A stretch of DNA of 63,084 bases, counting the filler, from Octopus bimaculoides (taxonomy: Eukaryota): NCBI RefSeq assembly GCF_001194135.2. It is 4 parts of 4 records of this genome, joined end to end, with 100 filler letters (N's around TTAATTAATTAA, not from the genome) between each part and the next. Parts side by side here need not be neighbours in the genome. Positions count along the whole stretch, not along the records: positions 1 to 19,221 come from NC_068999.1; 3 more parts are not named here. One strand, written 5' to 3'. Positions 1 to 13,818 of the stretch are shown in pieces (the stretch's first letter is position 1; each line of letters begins with the position of its first letter). The notes under the pieces are model-generated. The model saw nothing but the letters and a program-made list of their open reading frames with translations. It ran no database searches and was not told where the DNA came from. Position numbers and translations under genes: made by a program.

Positions 1-210
1 TATATATATATATATAGATGTATATATATATATATATATGTATATGCATATCTATCAATATATGTGTATATATGTTTACGTCTATATGTGTTTATATATG
101 TGAATTTGTATATGTATATATATGTATATATATTTATATATGTGTGTGTGTTTGTGTCTCTATGTGTGTCTGTGTGTGCGTAAGTGTACGTATGTGTTTG
201 TGTGTATAGG
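1..210. repeat. Degenerate (TA)n/(TG)n microsatellite
   Basis: Alternating TA/TG dinucleotides; ORF 18..209 is its translation. Confidence 0.95.
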
Positions 211-1744
211 TGCGTGCAATATTGAATATGCATCCCTGCTTCCAAATGGATGATATATTTGCTTGCGGTGTTACTAAATTAGACATGGCCACTACCCATG
301 TTGCTCAAATTTCATATATTATATGTTTTATATTTCCTTATTCAAATATCCCCCCCCCTCTCTCACTCACTCCTCTTATCTCACTATCTTTTAAACTATC
401 TAATCACCTCTCACGACCACATGTGTGTGTGTGTGTGTATGTGTGTGTGTGCCTGCGCGTAGGGTGGGAAAGAGAAAGAGAATTTACGGTGGAGAAAATT
501 TCGTCTCAATACTTCTGCTACATTGATTGAACAATTATTTTTTGGTTGTATTTGGATACTTATTAATCTTGAACACATGTTAGTGCAGTTTACTTGCCTT
601 CGTTTAAACTATCTTTGAACAACCTTCAAATTAGATATAATATGTGTTGGTGCAATACAGTTAAATCGTCCATTGAAACGTTCTTATATGCTTTTCATGT
701 CATGTCAATTATCTAGAGCTACTTGGATGCAGTCGGCAGAATTTCTTAACCTCTGATTGTGTCACAGATAGACTCCGTCCCTTTTGTGTTTTCACATTTC
801 TGTTCCTTCCATTCCCCGTCCATGTATGTAGATGCCTTATACATACATAAATAAGGAGGACATATACTTTATACATAAACAAAAATGTATGTTAGTTAAA
901 GAAACTACATCGTTACAGCCAAAGATTTTGAGGTATTCATCTATAGATATCTGATAGGACGTGCTCAAAGACAGAGCATATATCTAAGGAAGACGATAGT
1001 CGTCACAGCAGTGACTACCGGGCACTCTAGATGTAGTTTTGTCCGGTGGAGAGTTTTGTGTAAACTCCTAGTAAACTGTCAACAACCAAATTCACCAGTG
1101 TCTATATTGATAGACGATGTATGTCAATGTACTGTCACTGATGTTGCAAATAACCACACATTTGAATAAAACTTCGCCATATGCATCAGAATCAGTATTA
1201 GATTAAAATAGCGATAGTTTGTTATATCTAATGTAAATACATCCTGATGAGAAAATTTCCTGAAGTTTGAAGTTCTGTGGTTTGATTACGAATATATCAA
1301 TTATGGAAGTGCTACGTTTTAAAACACATTGATAATCTTAGAGACACAAATTTAGAATGAGCAAGGTAGTTGCAGTTTTGTCTCATTGAACGTTTTCAAA
1401 AGCGTATACTCACGTTCAACATACCTAGAGGAAATTTGTCACTACTAATACCTAGGAAAGCTGTGAATAAACAAAGGGGCCCTCGAATAGTAGACCAACT
1501 GGATACCAGTCTGGCACATACTAAAGAAGCATAATTAGATTATAAAAGCGATTGTGGCTGTGTGGTAAGCCACAATCTTCACGTAACTGTCGTAGACAAA
1601 CACGCGATACGCTATCGTCCACTGCGCCATAGCTTTACATGAAAAGAAAAGAAAAACAAAGATAAGACACCACGGACCAAATGGTACCTGTTGGACATAT
1701 GTCCCTTCCTCTGGGGGTTGAGTATTAGCCATTTCAAAAACGTC

Positions 1745-1960
1745 CGTCCTTCATGCTCTCTGTGTATTTGTTCCCCACCACAGCTTGACAACCGGTGTTG
1801 GTGTCATTACGTCCCCATAACTTAGTGGTTCGGTCAAAATGACCGAGAGATTAAGTGCCAGATTGTACAAAACATTACTGGTTTTGATTCGCTCAACCAA
1901 AATTCCTCATTGCGGTGGCACAGCATGGCTGCACTCTAATCACTGAAACAAGTAAGAGAT
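1745..1960 (+). mobile_element. Diverged 3' half of tRNA-derived SINE (family A)
   Basis: GGTGTCATTACGTCCCCATAACTTAGTGGTTCGG...CAGCATGGC...CTGAAACAAGTAAGAG matches the body of other copies (5560-5740, 46533-46936). Confidence 0.8.
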
Positions 1961-2756
1961 GGATATACAATACAAAACTTAATAATTCGAATCTCAAATA
2001 AGCCCGTACTCAATTTAAGGATAAGGAACAACATGATATTTACAAAAGATTACTGATTGAATGCTATGATATTCATGATGTTTGATTAATTATATTATTG
2101 TTATCAATTATGCAATATGACAACTGTTGCAATCTCTATATAAAATGACATATAGGTTTTATGACCCTTCAACGCCATCTTTAGAAATTTGTTTTTCAGC
2201 GTAATATTGAGCCAATGAGACAACTTTACGTGTTTTATTGATTTATTTAGCCTTTTATTAATTTATTTAATTATTTATTTATTGTGTTCGAAGACCTCCT
2301 GCCGAGAAACTTAATTCCGACTCAGTTTTATGCTTTTCTTGTGTAATTGCATTACGAGAGATGAAGTTGACTAATACGCACAGGAATCCAATTGCTGAGA
2401 GCGGTGTTGTTTCAGGTGAAGAGTACTATTGGTGTGGTGCTTGTGGAAAGAGAATCATTATGTTTTATTTGAGAAACGTCCAGGGAGGTGAATCGTGAAT
2501 TGACGTTTTCGAAGTCGTAGTGTGAGTAGACATATGTGTTCCAGATTATTGAATGTGTCAACGAAGTATGTTACTTTGCCTGTGTGTTTGAAGCATGGAG
2601 ACCTCATATTCTTTAGCACATTGCCAAAAAAATCGGTCCACATACCAATATGTTGTCTGAGAAACATTTGTGTACAATGGAATGGTAATAAAAGGAATAT
2701 AATCAACATGCAAATGAAGAGTTAATATAGCTGTCCTATTTAGAATATTAGCGAAC

Positions 2757-2850
2757 GTGACTATGTGGTAAGATGTGTGCTTCCCGACGACAAGGTTCTG
2801 GATTCAGTCCCACTGCATAGCATGTTGGGCTAGTGTCTTCAACTATAGCT
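2757..2850 (+). mobile_element. SINE family A tRNA-like head fragment
   Basis: GTGACTATGTGGTAAG...GGATTCAGTCCCACTGC...GTGTCTTC: degenerate A/B boxes as in 13395-13545. Confidence 0.65.
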
Positions 2851-3359
2851 GCTGGCCAACCAACCTCTATCTTCCTTTCTCTAATTCTTTTTACTCCCCT
2901 TCTTCCCTTTTCGTTTTTTCTCCCTCATCCTTTCTCTCATTCTTTTATCTCCCCTTCACCGTTCTCTCGTTCTCTGCCTCATTTACTCTCTCTTGTTGCT
3001 CACACGTGACCATCGTCCATCTTTCTTTTCCTCTTGTAATCATCTTTATTTTCCTTCAGTCTGTCACACAGACGCATTATTATCTGTCTCCTCTCGTATC
3101 TTTTCTCTTGTCAAAGAATATTCCTCCAGCATTCGCTACCTTAGATCGTCTGGTATAAAGTCCCTCCATGTTTGTCTTCGTTTGGTTTGCTGTATGTCTC
3201 CACTGTCCTGATTTTGTTACTAACTTTGACCCTCCGCAAATCCAAAATTTTATTTTGGTTCGCGGGAGAAACCGCTTTTCGAAGCTTCATATTGTCGTCA
3301 ATTGCTCGAAATGTGGAGTAGATAAACAGGTACTGTGTGATCAAGACACACCGAGAGGA

Positions 3360-3360
<1 letters not shown>

Positions 3361-3437
<77 letters not shown>

Positions 3438-3438
3438 T

Positions 3439-3468
<30 letters not shown>
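3361..3468. repeat. (AAT)n microsatellite
   Basis: Long, nearly pure AAT run. Confidence 0.98.
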
Positions 3469-3469
<1 letters not shown>

Positions 3470-3693
3470 GATGATAAAATAAAATATATCAGTAGGTTCC
3501 ACACAAGTCTAATCTAGCAGACATTAACAATTAAAAATAGCAGACATTAACAATTAAAAATTAAACGTAAAACAAAAGCGATCAAAGACGAGATTAACGG
3601 TTAGATAAATAAATTCCTTAGGGGGGAATCATGAAATGATTAAGAAAGTAAGGTATGAGCAAATATAAGAGAGACGGAGAGGGGCAAAGAAGG

Positions 3694-3737
<44 letters not shown>

Positions 3738-4050
3738 AAAGACAGGTAACTACAAATAAAAAGTAAATAAATAAACTGGTGTTAAACATTTTGGCTATCA
3801 AACTTACATTAAAACATCATAAAAAACCCCAACAAATCTGCGTAAACTGACGACGAAAGACATATCCGACTATAGACAAACTATTGTTGCGTCAGTAACG
3901 ACATTTCTTAGGAATGTAGGTCACATTTGAAAAATACTGAATAAATAAAAAATGACAACTAACGAAACATGATTAAACAAATCATGAAAAAAAAAAAAAA
4001 TTTTAAATAAAATTGAACTAGAAACTAAACAAATCATAAAAAAAACATTG

Positions 4051-4081
4051 CTGCTGCTGCTGCTGCTACTACTACTACTGG

Positions 4082-4138
<57 letters not shown>

Positions 4139-4226
4139 GACTACTGTTATAACTTCAGCTGGTGTTGCTGCTGTTGTTACTACAAATGATGGTAATGATG
4201 ATGCTGACGATGATGATGATGATGAC
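4051..4226. repeat. Compound trinucleotide microsatellite (GCT)n(ACT)n...(GAT)n
   Basis: Directly visible; produces the poly-V/S ORF 4034..4231. Confidence 0.95.
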
Positions 4227-4287
4227 AACAACAGTAATTATATCAATAGGCGACAGCTACAAAACACACACATAAATACACACATAT

Positions 4288-4342
<55 letters not shown>

Positions 4343-4727
4343 CACATATATACATACATACATACACACATACACACACACACACACACAATCACACACA
4401 CCCCCACACACACACCCACACACACATATATCAAAGATATTATACGTGCTTTGCATTTCAACAAGTGCATGTGTGTGCGTGAAGTTATATTTGCATAAAG
4501 ATATCTTGAACAAACTAAGTTTGCTACACAAGTATTCGAACATGCATCCCGTACATATAAGAACACATACTCACACAGATACACACATGCACACACAGAC
4601 GTACACACATTTATATAAATGCACGCAAAACGACTTTCATGCGTATGAATACATCCATATCACATATGTGTGTGTTTGCGGTTGTGTGTCCAATACGTAT
4701 AATGCTGATATATATATGAATTTGGGC

Positions 4728-4773
<46 letters not shown>

Positions 4774-5104
4774 AAATGCACACATATACGCACACTTGTA
4801 CACACATGCGCACACACACACGCTCACATACAAACTATGAATAAATGCTTGATATATTGAAATGTTAAAACTGTTGACGTGTACATCACACTCTAAGCCG
4901 TCTTCAATTCTTCTATACCTGCCTAGAAAACCAATGAAATTTAAACTGACGTTGCAATATGCAATCTTTCAACATCGAATCAAAAGTATAAATGCAAAGA
5001 ATTCAGTACGCTTGACTCAAGAAACTATACTATTGTTGATGTGACAATTGTAAAGGAGTATCACATAACATTAGATAATATAATATAAAGAAAATATATA
5101 ATAT

Positions 5105-5740
5105 GGGCGTAGGTGTGACTGTGTGGTAAGTAGCGCACAAGCTGCCGGGTTTGGAAGTAAAAGTTCTACCCGTTTGGCTGGGTGTCTGTCCTTTGATAGG
5201 ATTTTTATATAATACTTTTAAACGTAGTAAAACTCATCACGTATAAACTCATCCGAATTTTCACTTATAATTTCTAATCGTAAAGCTACTTCACCCTGTT
5301 TGTTTGTCTGTCCTGTTTTGTGCCCTCTCTGTAAATGCCTAAATGGCAAATTTCATGAAATGATGTAGTTTGCTTACGAATCACATGGTTCCGTGTTGAG
5401 TTCCACTGCGTGGCACCTTGAGCAAGTATCTTCTACTATAGCCTCGGCCGACCAAAACCTTGTGAGTAGATTTGGTAGAGGGAAACTGAAAGAAGCCCGT
5501 CGTATATATGTATATATATATATGTTTGTGTGTCTGTGTTTGTCCCGCAACATCGTTTGACAACCGATGCTGGTGTGTTTATGTCCCCGTAACTTAGCGG
5601 TTCGGCAAAAGAGAGACCGATAGAATAAGTATTAGGATTCCAAAGAATAAGTCCTGGAGTCGATTTGCTCGACTAAAGGCAGTGCTCCAGCATGGCCACA
5701 GTCAAATGGCTGAAACAAGTAAAAGAGTAAAAGAGTAAAA
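5105..5740 (+). mobile_element. Full-length SINE family A, head interrupted by an insertion
   Basis: Head GGCGTAGGTGTGACTGTGTGGTAAGTAGC resumes at 5370 (TTGCTTACGAATCACATGG...); internal TA/TG microsatellite; (GTAAAAGA)n tail. Confidence 0.9.
5135..5364 (+). mobile_element. 230-bp insertion nested in the SINE head
   Basis: Flanked by GTAGC (5130-5134) and GTAGT (5365-5369); its 3' part TTTGTCTGTCCTG..TGT.CCCTCT resembles the SINE-B tail at 57670-57700. Confidence 0.6.
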
Positions 5741-6489
5741 CGCATATAAAACAGTCGGAATAAAGGCGCTAAGACTTATTTAAAGTGAGATCGTCTTTCG
5801 CTCACATTCGTTGCTTGTTCTTATACTGGGTGCCTTGTAATGATAGGGCACATTTAAACCCAAGGAAGAAGGACTGGCACAAGAATGGGTAAGTGCCCAT
5901 GATGGTGTGAATTGCATATAAAATGTCACATCATTATGGAAACACTTGTAGAATATGAAAGCTTTCAAGATTAAATCAAAGTAACAAAGCTTGATTGTGT
6001 AGAGAGGACATTGCAAAATTAGCTGAAGGCTTCATCAGATCTCGCACCATCATATAACTTGGGGTATGTAAAGACGTACAAGCATGATTCTGGATGTTTG
6101 CCCTCTGTTGTGGCTTCTTATACAGAACTATGGTTTGTTGTCAACTGCACCGGTTGATGCAATTGTCCTGCTGCTACAACTTTCACAGTTAAGGATGATG
6201 TAAAAGTTACTTAATTCTTCAAGGCCTCCTCTTACAATAAAAAGCGGACAATCAATTCAGAACGCGTTGGCACATACGCAGGCAAACACGCGAATACAAC
6301 ACAATCACACACACACACAAACACAGCATACGCATACATGTACCATACGTACACGCATACACACATACACACACACACACTTTTTCTCTCTCTCTCTTAA
6401 AACGGGCATTTACACGTTAGATTGGATAACCGCTGATAATTCATCCGGTATTATAGATTGTGTAAGTATATATATAGTATGTAATATAT

Positions 6490-6554
6490 TAATATATATG
6501 CATACATGCATATATATAAATATATATATAAATATATATATAAATATATGTATG

Positions 6555-6627
<73 letters not shown>

Positions 6628-6947
6628 ATGTGTGTGTGTGTGTGTGTTGTGTGTGTTGTGTGTGTGTGTGCGTGTGTGTGTATGCATAGAAATATGTCTG
6701 TATATATATATNNNNNNNNNNNNNNNNNNNNNNNNNNNNNNNNNNNNNNNNNNNNNNNNNNNNNNNNNNNNNNNNNNNNNNNNNNNNNNNNNNNNNNNNN
6801 NNNNNNNNNNNNNNNNNNNNNNNNNNNNNNNNNNNNNNNNNNNNNNNNNNNNNNNNNNNNNNNNNNNNNNNNNNNNNNNNNNNNNNNNNNNNNNNNNNNN
6901 NNNNNNNNNNNNNNNNNNNNNNNNNNNNNNNNNNNNNNNNNNNNAGA

Positions 6948-7008
<61 letters not shown>
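6490..7008. repeat. (TA)n/(TG)n/(AG)n microsatellite block spanning an N gap
   Basis: Directly visible. Confidence 0.95.
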
Positions 7009-7740
7009 GCTCATATAATGTTACGAGACACAGGGATGTATTTACTGAAGGTGTAGTCACGATTACAGGATTTAAAAGTCACGCTCGTCAATTTATTGGG
7101 TACAGTGCAATCTTAGTCAAGATTCGCTTTGACTAATATCTTTCAAGTGATATTTTCAAGTGATATCTCATGGCGGAAGCTCAGTTGTACTTCATCATAG
7201 TTATGTTAATGAAACAGCTGTTTAGCACACTTAAGACGGCGAGCTGGTAGAAACGACAGCTAGCAAATATGAGCGACAACAAAGCCAAAAAACCGGAGAA
7301 CATGGTACACAATTACAAGTACAAATAACAAGGATATACCAATAGGCGTCTTTCGACTGCGGACGAATCAAATTGAGATGGTGTGTATAAAGTGGAAGCC
7401 TAAAGGCAAGAACATAGATGGACATAAGATGTTTTGGTGGTCAGCATTTAGGCCAAGGAAGAAAGATCGTGGCTGGCTGAACACCGGTCACGCGGATGGA
7501 GGAAGAAAGGAATAGGGGGCAGCGAGATTTAAGGATAAGAAATAAAGTCAAAGAGACAAAGTGAAAGGTACAGAGGAGATAAACGGGGATGAAAAGTGGG
7601 AATTAAACAAAGAGGGGGCCTAGAAATGTGACAGAGAAGGAGCGAGAAAGGAAAAGAGGAAGAAAGTATGAGGGGATAAAAAGACAGAGCAAAAGAATCG
7701 TAAAAATTCAGATACATATTTACTATAAGGGTAGCAAAGG

Positions 7741-7812
7741 TACATACATACATACATGCATACATACATACATACATACATACATACATACATACATACA
7801 TACATACATGCA
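7741..7812. repeat. (CATA)n microsatellite
   Basis: Directly visible. Confidence 0.95.
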
Positions 7813-9086
7813 TACATATACATATACATATATATATGTTAATATACACACGTATACATNNNNNNNNNNNNNNNNNNNNNNNNNNNNNNNNNNNNNNNNN
7901 NNNNNNNNNNNNNNNNNNNNNNNNNNNNNNNNNNNNNNNNNNNNNNNNNNNNNNNNNNNNNNNNNNNNNNNNNNNNNNNNNNNNNNNNNNNNNNNNNNNN
8001 NNNNNNNNNNNNNNNNNNNNNNNNNNNNNNNNNNNNNNNNNNNNNNNNNNNNNNNNNNNNNNNNNNNNNNNNNNNNNNNNNNNNNNNNNNNNNNNNNNNN
8101 NNNNNNNNNNNNNNNNNNNNNNNNNNNNNNNNNNNNNNNNNNNNNNNNNNNNNNNNNNNNNNNNNNNNNNNNNNNNNNNNNNNNNNNNNNNNNNNNNNNN
8201 NNNNNNNNNNNNNNNNNNNNNNNNNNNNNNNNNNNNNNNNNNNNNNNNNNNNNNNNNNNNNNNNNNNNNNNNNNNNNNNNNNNNNNNNNNNNNNNNNNNN
8301 NNNNNNNNNNNNNNNNNNNNNNNNNNNNNNNNNNNNNNNNNNNNNNNNNNNNNNNNNNNNNNNNNNNNNNNNNNNNNNNNNNNNNNNNNNNNNNNNNNNN
8401 NNNNNNNNNNNNNNNNNNNNNNNNNNNNNNNNNNNNNNNNNNNNNNNNNNNNNNNNNNNNNNNNNNNNNNNNNNNNNNNNNNNNNNNNNNNNNNNNNNNN
8501 NNNNNNNNNNNNNNNNNNNNNNNNNNNNNNNNNNNNNNNNNNNNNNNNNNNNNNNNNNNNNNNNNNNNNNNNNNNNNNNNNNNNNNNNNNNNNNNNNNNN
8601 NNNNNNNNNNNNNNNNNNNNNNNNNNNNNNNNNNNNNNNNNNNNNNNNNNNNNNNNNNNNNNNNNNNNNNNNNNNNNNNNNNNNNNNNNNNNNNNNNNNN
8701 NNNNNNNNNNNNNTATATGCATATATACATACATATATATATATATATATATTCTATATGCAATAAATATATATATTTTTTATTTATATACGCTTATACA
8801 CACGCACACATATATCTATATATACTTACATATGTTTGCACACAATTATTCATGAATATACATATGTGACGTATGCACTTGCGTGAGTGGACATACTCAT
8901 ACATATTTAGTAAGGTTTGGATGTATTTTCTTTATTAATAATCTGACTTTTTGACGTCCAACTTGAGGGTTCGTAGGCTCTGAAGGCAGTTGGGAAATCA
9001 AGTGGCCGACAAGACAAGATCTTTCCCCAAGCCTGCGAAACCTTTTGTTGCAAAGAGCCGAGTTAAACTCTTAAGAAGTAATAAAC

Positions 9087-9129
<43 letters not shown>

Positions 9130-9835
9130 NNNNNNNNNNCATACATACATACATACATACATACATGCATACATATACATATACATATAAAATTCATAGT
9201 GGTGGCTCAGAATGGCTGCGTACCAGTGAGTAACCGATAGAAGAAAGTTATGTCTGAGAAGGAGAAATATCTTAAGATATAGGATCTGTTTATTTTAGAC
9301 TTGGCAACGGAAATGTAATGTTGCCCGTACTGTAATATGCCAATGTATATAAATTTAAAACATGAAATATTAGAATGATTAATTAATCTATTGTACTTAG
9401 TCGTGAAGCATGGAATCGTTTTCGCTTTATGTATGAATGTTTAATTCAAATACTTAAATACGTATAAGTACACAGCTACACTTATGTAAAGACAGACAGT
9501 TCTACGGAGCAACAAGATTTGATGCGAATTGGTTAATTGTTTTTCTGGTGTTGCTGAAGTGATGATGACACTTGTGATGAATACGGATAAGTACAAACCT
9601 TATTTTTATCAGTCTTGGGGATACAGGCAAATCTGATGTTTGGATGCTACACAAATTTATCACCCTACCACACACTCACAGTCATACATACACAAACAGG
9701 CACATACACCTACATTTTCAGACAGTAAAATAGTGTTTTTGTGGCTATTGAGATGTTTTGGCTCTTATGTCTAGCAATTATAGGGCTATAATTATATATT
9801 TCTGCCTCCAGGTTGTAAAATGGTGAATTAGTGAA

Positions 9836-9875
<40 letters not shown>

Positions 9876-10597
9876 ACTCATGCATACACACATACATACA
9901 CATATATGTATATATNNNNNNNNNNNNNNNNNNNNNNNNNNNNNNNNNNNNNNNNNNNNNNNNNNNNNNNNNNNNNNNNNNNNNNNNNNNNNNNNNNNNN
10001 NNNNNNNNNNNNNNNNNNNNNNNNNNNNNNNNNNNNNNNNNNNNNNNNNNNNNNNNNNNNNNNNNNNNNNNNNNNNNNNNNNNNNNNNNNNNNNNNNNNN
10101 NNNNNNNNNNNNNNNNNNNNNNNNNNNNNNNNNNNNNNNNNNNNNNNNNNNNNNNNNNNNNNNNNNNNNNNNNNNNNNNNNNNNNNNNNNNNNNNNNNNN
10201 NNNNNNNNNNNNNNNNNNNNNNNNNNNNNNNNNNNNNNNNNNNNNNNNNNNNNNNNNNNNNNNNNNNNNNNNNNNNNNNNNNNNNNNNNNNNNNNNNNNN
10301 NNNNNNNNNNNNNNNNNNNNNNNNNNNNNNNNNNNNNNNNNNNNNNNNNNNNNNNNNNNNNNNNNNNNNNNNNNNNNNNNNNNNNNNNNNNNNNNNNNNN
10401 NNNNNNNNNNNNNNNNNNNNNNNNNNNNNNNNNNNNNNNNNNNNNNNNNNNNNNNNNNNNNNNNNNNNNNNNNNNNNNNNNNNNNNNNNNNNNGATACAC
10501 GTCCACACATGCATAAATGCACGCACATACAGGCGCAAAAATAAGCACAAACACATGCACAAACACATAAATGTTTATATTTATCTCTATTTAACTC

Positions 10598-10642
<45 letters not shown>

Positions 10643-10646
10643 TTAT

Positions 10647-10684
<38 letters not shown>

Positions 10685-10700
10685 GTCTATCTACCTATAT
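10598..10700. repeat. (CTAT)n microsatellite
   Basis: Directly visible. Confidence 0.95.
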
Positions 10701-11270
10701 ATATACACATACACTCACACACATATGCTCACTCTCGTAAGTTATATGTTATTTGTGTCTCAAGTGTGTTTATGTATTTTAAAAGGCGTGTATAGGTATA
10801 GCCATGTGTACATAATACTCAAAATATTCACAGATAGGTTAGTTGCAGATTTGTGTACTAAGGTTATTTTTCTATTTACTTACTTGTTTTGAACTTACTG
10901 AAACCTTTTGTGTACTTACGTGACGTGAAGCTGTAGCAGACTGAGATTTTATTCCTTTCTGAAATCCTTCCATGCAGCCGCCTTCTCTTTTTATTGACCG
11001 TCACAAAGGGTGATTTAATACACTGCCACTACCAATATATACACACGGATATTTTCATTGATACAGACACACGCAAATGTACGCTCACAACAAACTGCCA
11101 ACACTTAGACATGGGACACATACATTAATGCCTACATATACATGTACATGCATGCATACATGCATACGTACATACACACATATATAGTTATATACGTATA
11201 TGTATCCGTGCACACACTCACACACTTATATATACATACAAACACACAGACACACACACACAAATGCATG

Positions 11271-11301
<31 letters not shown>

Positions 11302-11320
11302 GTCTATTTAACTATCTATC

Positions 11321-11351
<31 letters not shown>

Positions 11352-12390
11352 NNNNNNNNNNNNNNNNNNNNNNNNNNNNNNNNNNNNNNNNNNNNNNNNN
11401 NNNNNNNNNNNNNNNNNNNNNNNNNNNNNNNNNNNNNNNNNNNNNNNNNNNNNNATATTTATATATAAACATATCAGCATACACACACACACAAACACAC
11501 ACACACATATATATAGGCATGTCTACGTATCTCTCTATTTGTATAAATCTATATATATATATATATATATATGCATATATATGTGTGTGTGCATGGGTGT
11601 TGGTGTATTCACACATTTATATTCATATAAAAATAAACATATGTATGCATACAAATACACACATACGTGCACTAACCCACTAATAAACATACACACACAC
11701 ATATACGCACGTGTACGTACATATATGCATATTGGTGACGAAAGCAGGGTTTGTAACAGATATCATTTGGCACAAAGAACTTAAATCGGATGTGTAGTTT
11801 TAAGTACCTGTAGCATTTTGTAGAGAAGCTAACAGCTAAAAAGCACAGAGCATATCGGTAGAGGAAATATCGCCAGTGCTGATAGATACGAATATTGTGC
11901 GCCGTGTTTGTTGCGTAATTTTCACTTCCTCAGCAACAGATACCCAATCATGGAATGCTTGTTCGAAATTATGTCAGGGGGACTTAATCACACACTGACT
12001 AAACTGTCAGTGATGTCGCAAAAAGCTTGAGGGGTGTGTATAATTAAGCTGTTACCTACGGAAACAGGCCTCTTAAGGAATATTATTTCGGACATATAAC
12101 TTAAATTGTATGTCTTGCTTTAAGCGCATTTAGGTGCGGTAATCGCACTGAAAAAAGTACAGATTATATCGATTATGGAAAGATTTCATCCTCACGAATG
12201 GATCTTTTTCGGAATTTCAGTCAAGCATTCAGCGGTGCAGCTTCCTAGGTCTAACCAAGAGTAGTATTATTCCCTTCAGGGGACTGTCACATTAAGTTGA
12301 CAGCATACAACTACTTCATCGTATCACTACTGCATAAATCTCTCTGAGAGATTTAGAAATGTATTATTTCTAAATATACTCGTTCTCTGT

Positions 12391-12752
12391 TTCTTTTTTC
12401 AGTCACTCGACTGCGGCCTGCTGGGGCACCGCCTTTAGTCGAACAATTCGAACCGAGGACTTATTCATTGTAAGGCTAGTTACTTATTCTATTTGTCTCT
12501 TTTGCCGAACCGCCATATTACAGGGACGTCAACACACAAACATCGTTGTCAAGTGATGGTGGGGTTACAAACAGACACAAACACACACACATACACACAT
12601 ATATATATATACTTCAGTTTCCATCTACCAAATCCTATCACAAGGCTTTTGGTTGGTCTGAGGCTACAGTAGAAGACACTTACCCATGGTGCCACACACT
12701 ATGATTGAACCCGGTACCATGTGGCTGGGAAAGAAACTACTTACCATACACA
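12391..12752 (-). mobile_element. SINE family A, diverged full-length copy
   Basis: Reverse complement matches head (ACTTACCATACAAC) and body (GCACCGCCTTTAGTCGA, CTCTTTTGCCGAACCGC). Confidence 0.85.
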
Positions 12753-13394
12753 ACCCCCCCCCCACACATATATATATTTATTTATTTATATGTAAGTTGG
12801 CGCTCTCAATTTTGTCACAGTCAAATTCACTGAAGCAAGTAATATGCANNNNNNNNNNNNNNNNNNNNNNNNNNNNNNNNNNNNNNNNNNNNNNNNNNNN
12901 NNNNNNNNNNNNNNNNNNNNNNNNNNNNATATATATATATATATATATACATTCAAGTTTCTGAGGCTTAATAGCTGCATTTTGAGAAAAACACATTGAA
13001 GCAACAGTAAGCATTATTTTAAAATAGCTATGGTAAATTATTCATCTAGTCTACGTCATGCATGTTGAAAATAATAGCTACTTTTGTAACAAAGCTTTCC
13101 AACGGACCGAGGACGGATTTACTGCTTCGTCGATAACAAGAATGACGAAAAAAAGAGATGTACAAAGCAAGCGGTATTAATACGAGTGTTTATTTTTGAA
13201 TGACGCACCTCATGTCGACCCCGAGTTTTGTCGCCGACTGGCACATGTAAATGTTCAAAGTTATACACACGCATATGTATATATGTTCGTTTACCTATAT
13301 GAGTATGTATATTCATCTATCCTACTCTTTGTCTGTTGGTCTACTCATCTATCTGTAACTTTATATACACATATATAATAATATTTATTATTAT

Positions 13395-13818
13395 AGGCGC
13401 AGGAATGGCTGTGTGGTAAGTAACTTGGTTAATATCGACAGGCTTCCGGGTTCAGTCCCACTGCGTGACACCTTGGGCAAGTGTCTTCTACTATAGTCTC
13501 GAGCCGATTTGGTAGACGGAAACTGAAAGGAGCCCGTCATATATATGTATATATATANNNNNNNNNNNNNNNNNNNNNNNNNNNNNNNNNNNNNNNNNNN
13601 NNNNNNNNNNNNNNNNNNNNNNNNNNNNNNNNNNNNNNNNNNNNNNNNNNNNNNNNNNNNNNNNNNNNNNNNNNNNNNNNNNNNNNNNNNNNNNNNNNNN
13701 NNNNNNNNNNNNNNNNNNNNNNNNNNNNNNNNNNNNNNNNNNNNNNNNNNNNNNNNNNNNNNNNNNNNNNNNNNNNNNNNTATATATATGTATGTGTGTT
13801 TTGTGCGTCTGTGTTTGT
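13395..13818 (+). mobile_element. SINE family A 5' half (gap inside)
   Basis: GGCGCAGGAATGGCTGTGTGG (A box), GGGTTCAGTCCC (B box), GGTAGACGGAAACTGAAAG. Confidence 0.85.

Noticed and set aside
2416-2487. Possible 72-nt exon GEEYYWCGACGKRIIMFYLRNVQG with AG/GT borders
   Set aside because: Moderate splice sites, no recognisable homology, and splicing to the nearby acceptor at 2544 gives an immediate stop.
3168-3329. ATG-initiated ORF with a hydrophobic start (MFVFVWFAVCLHC) ending at CAG|GTACTG
   Set aside because: Short hydrophobic starts are common in T-rich DNA; weak donor and no recognisable family.
5773-5888. Open frame ending in a phase-2 GTAAGT donor (…RAHLNPRKKDWHKNG), compatible with the 20952 exon
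   Set aside because: No convincing acceptor or ATG, directly abuts a SINE tail, and lies across an assembly join; chance is plausible.
11836-12030. 64-codon open frame after CTAACAG
   Set aside because: No start codon, no good donor and no recognisable similarity.
13395-13470. tRNA genes at SINE heads (also 28751, 51625 and others)
   Set aside because: They have A/B boxes but no complete cloverleaf and continue into SINE bodies.
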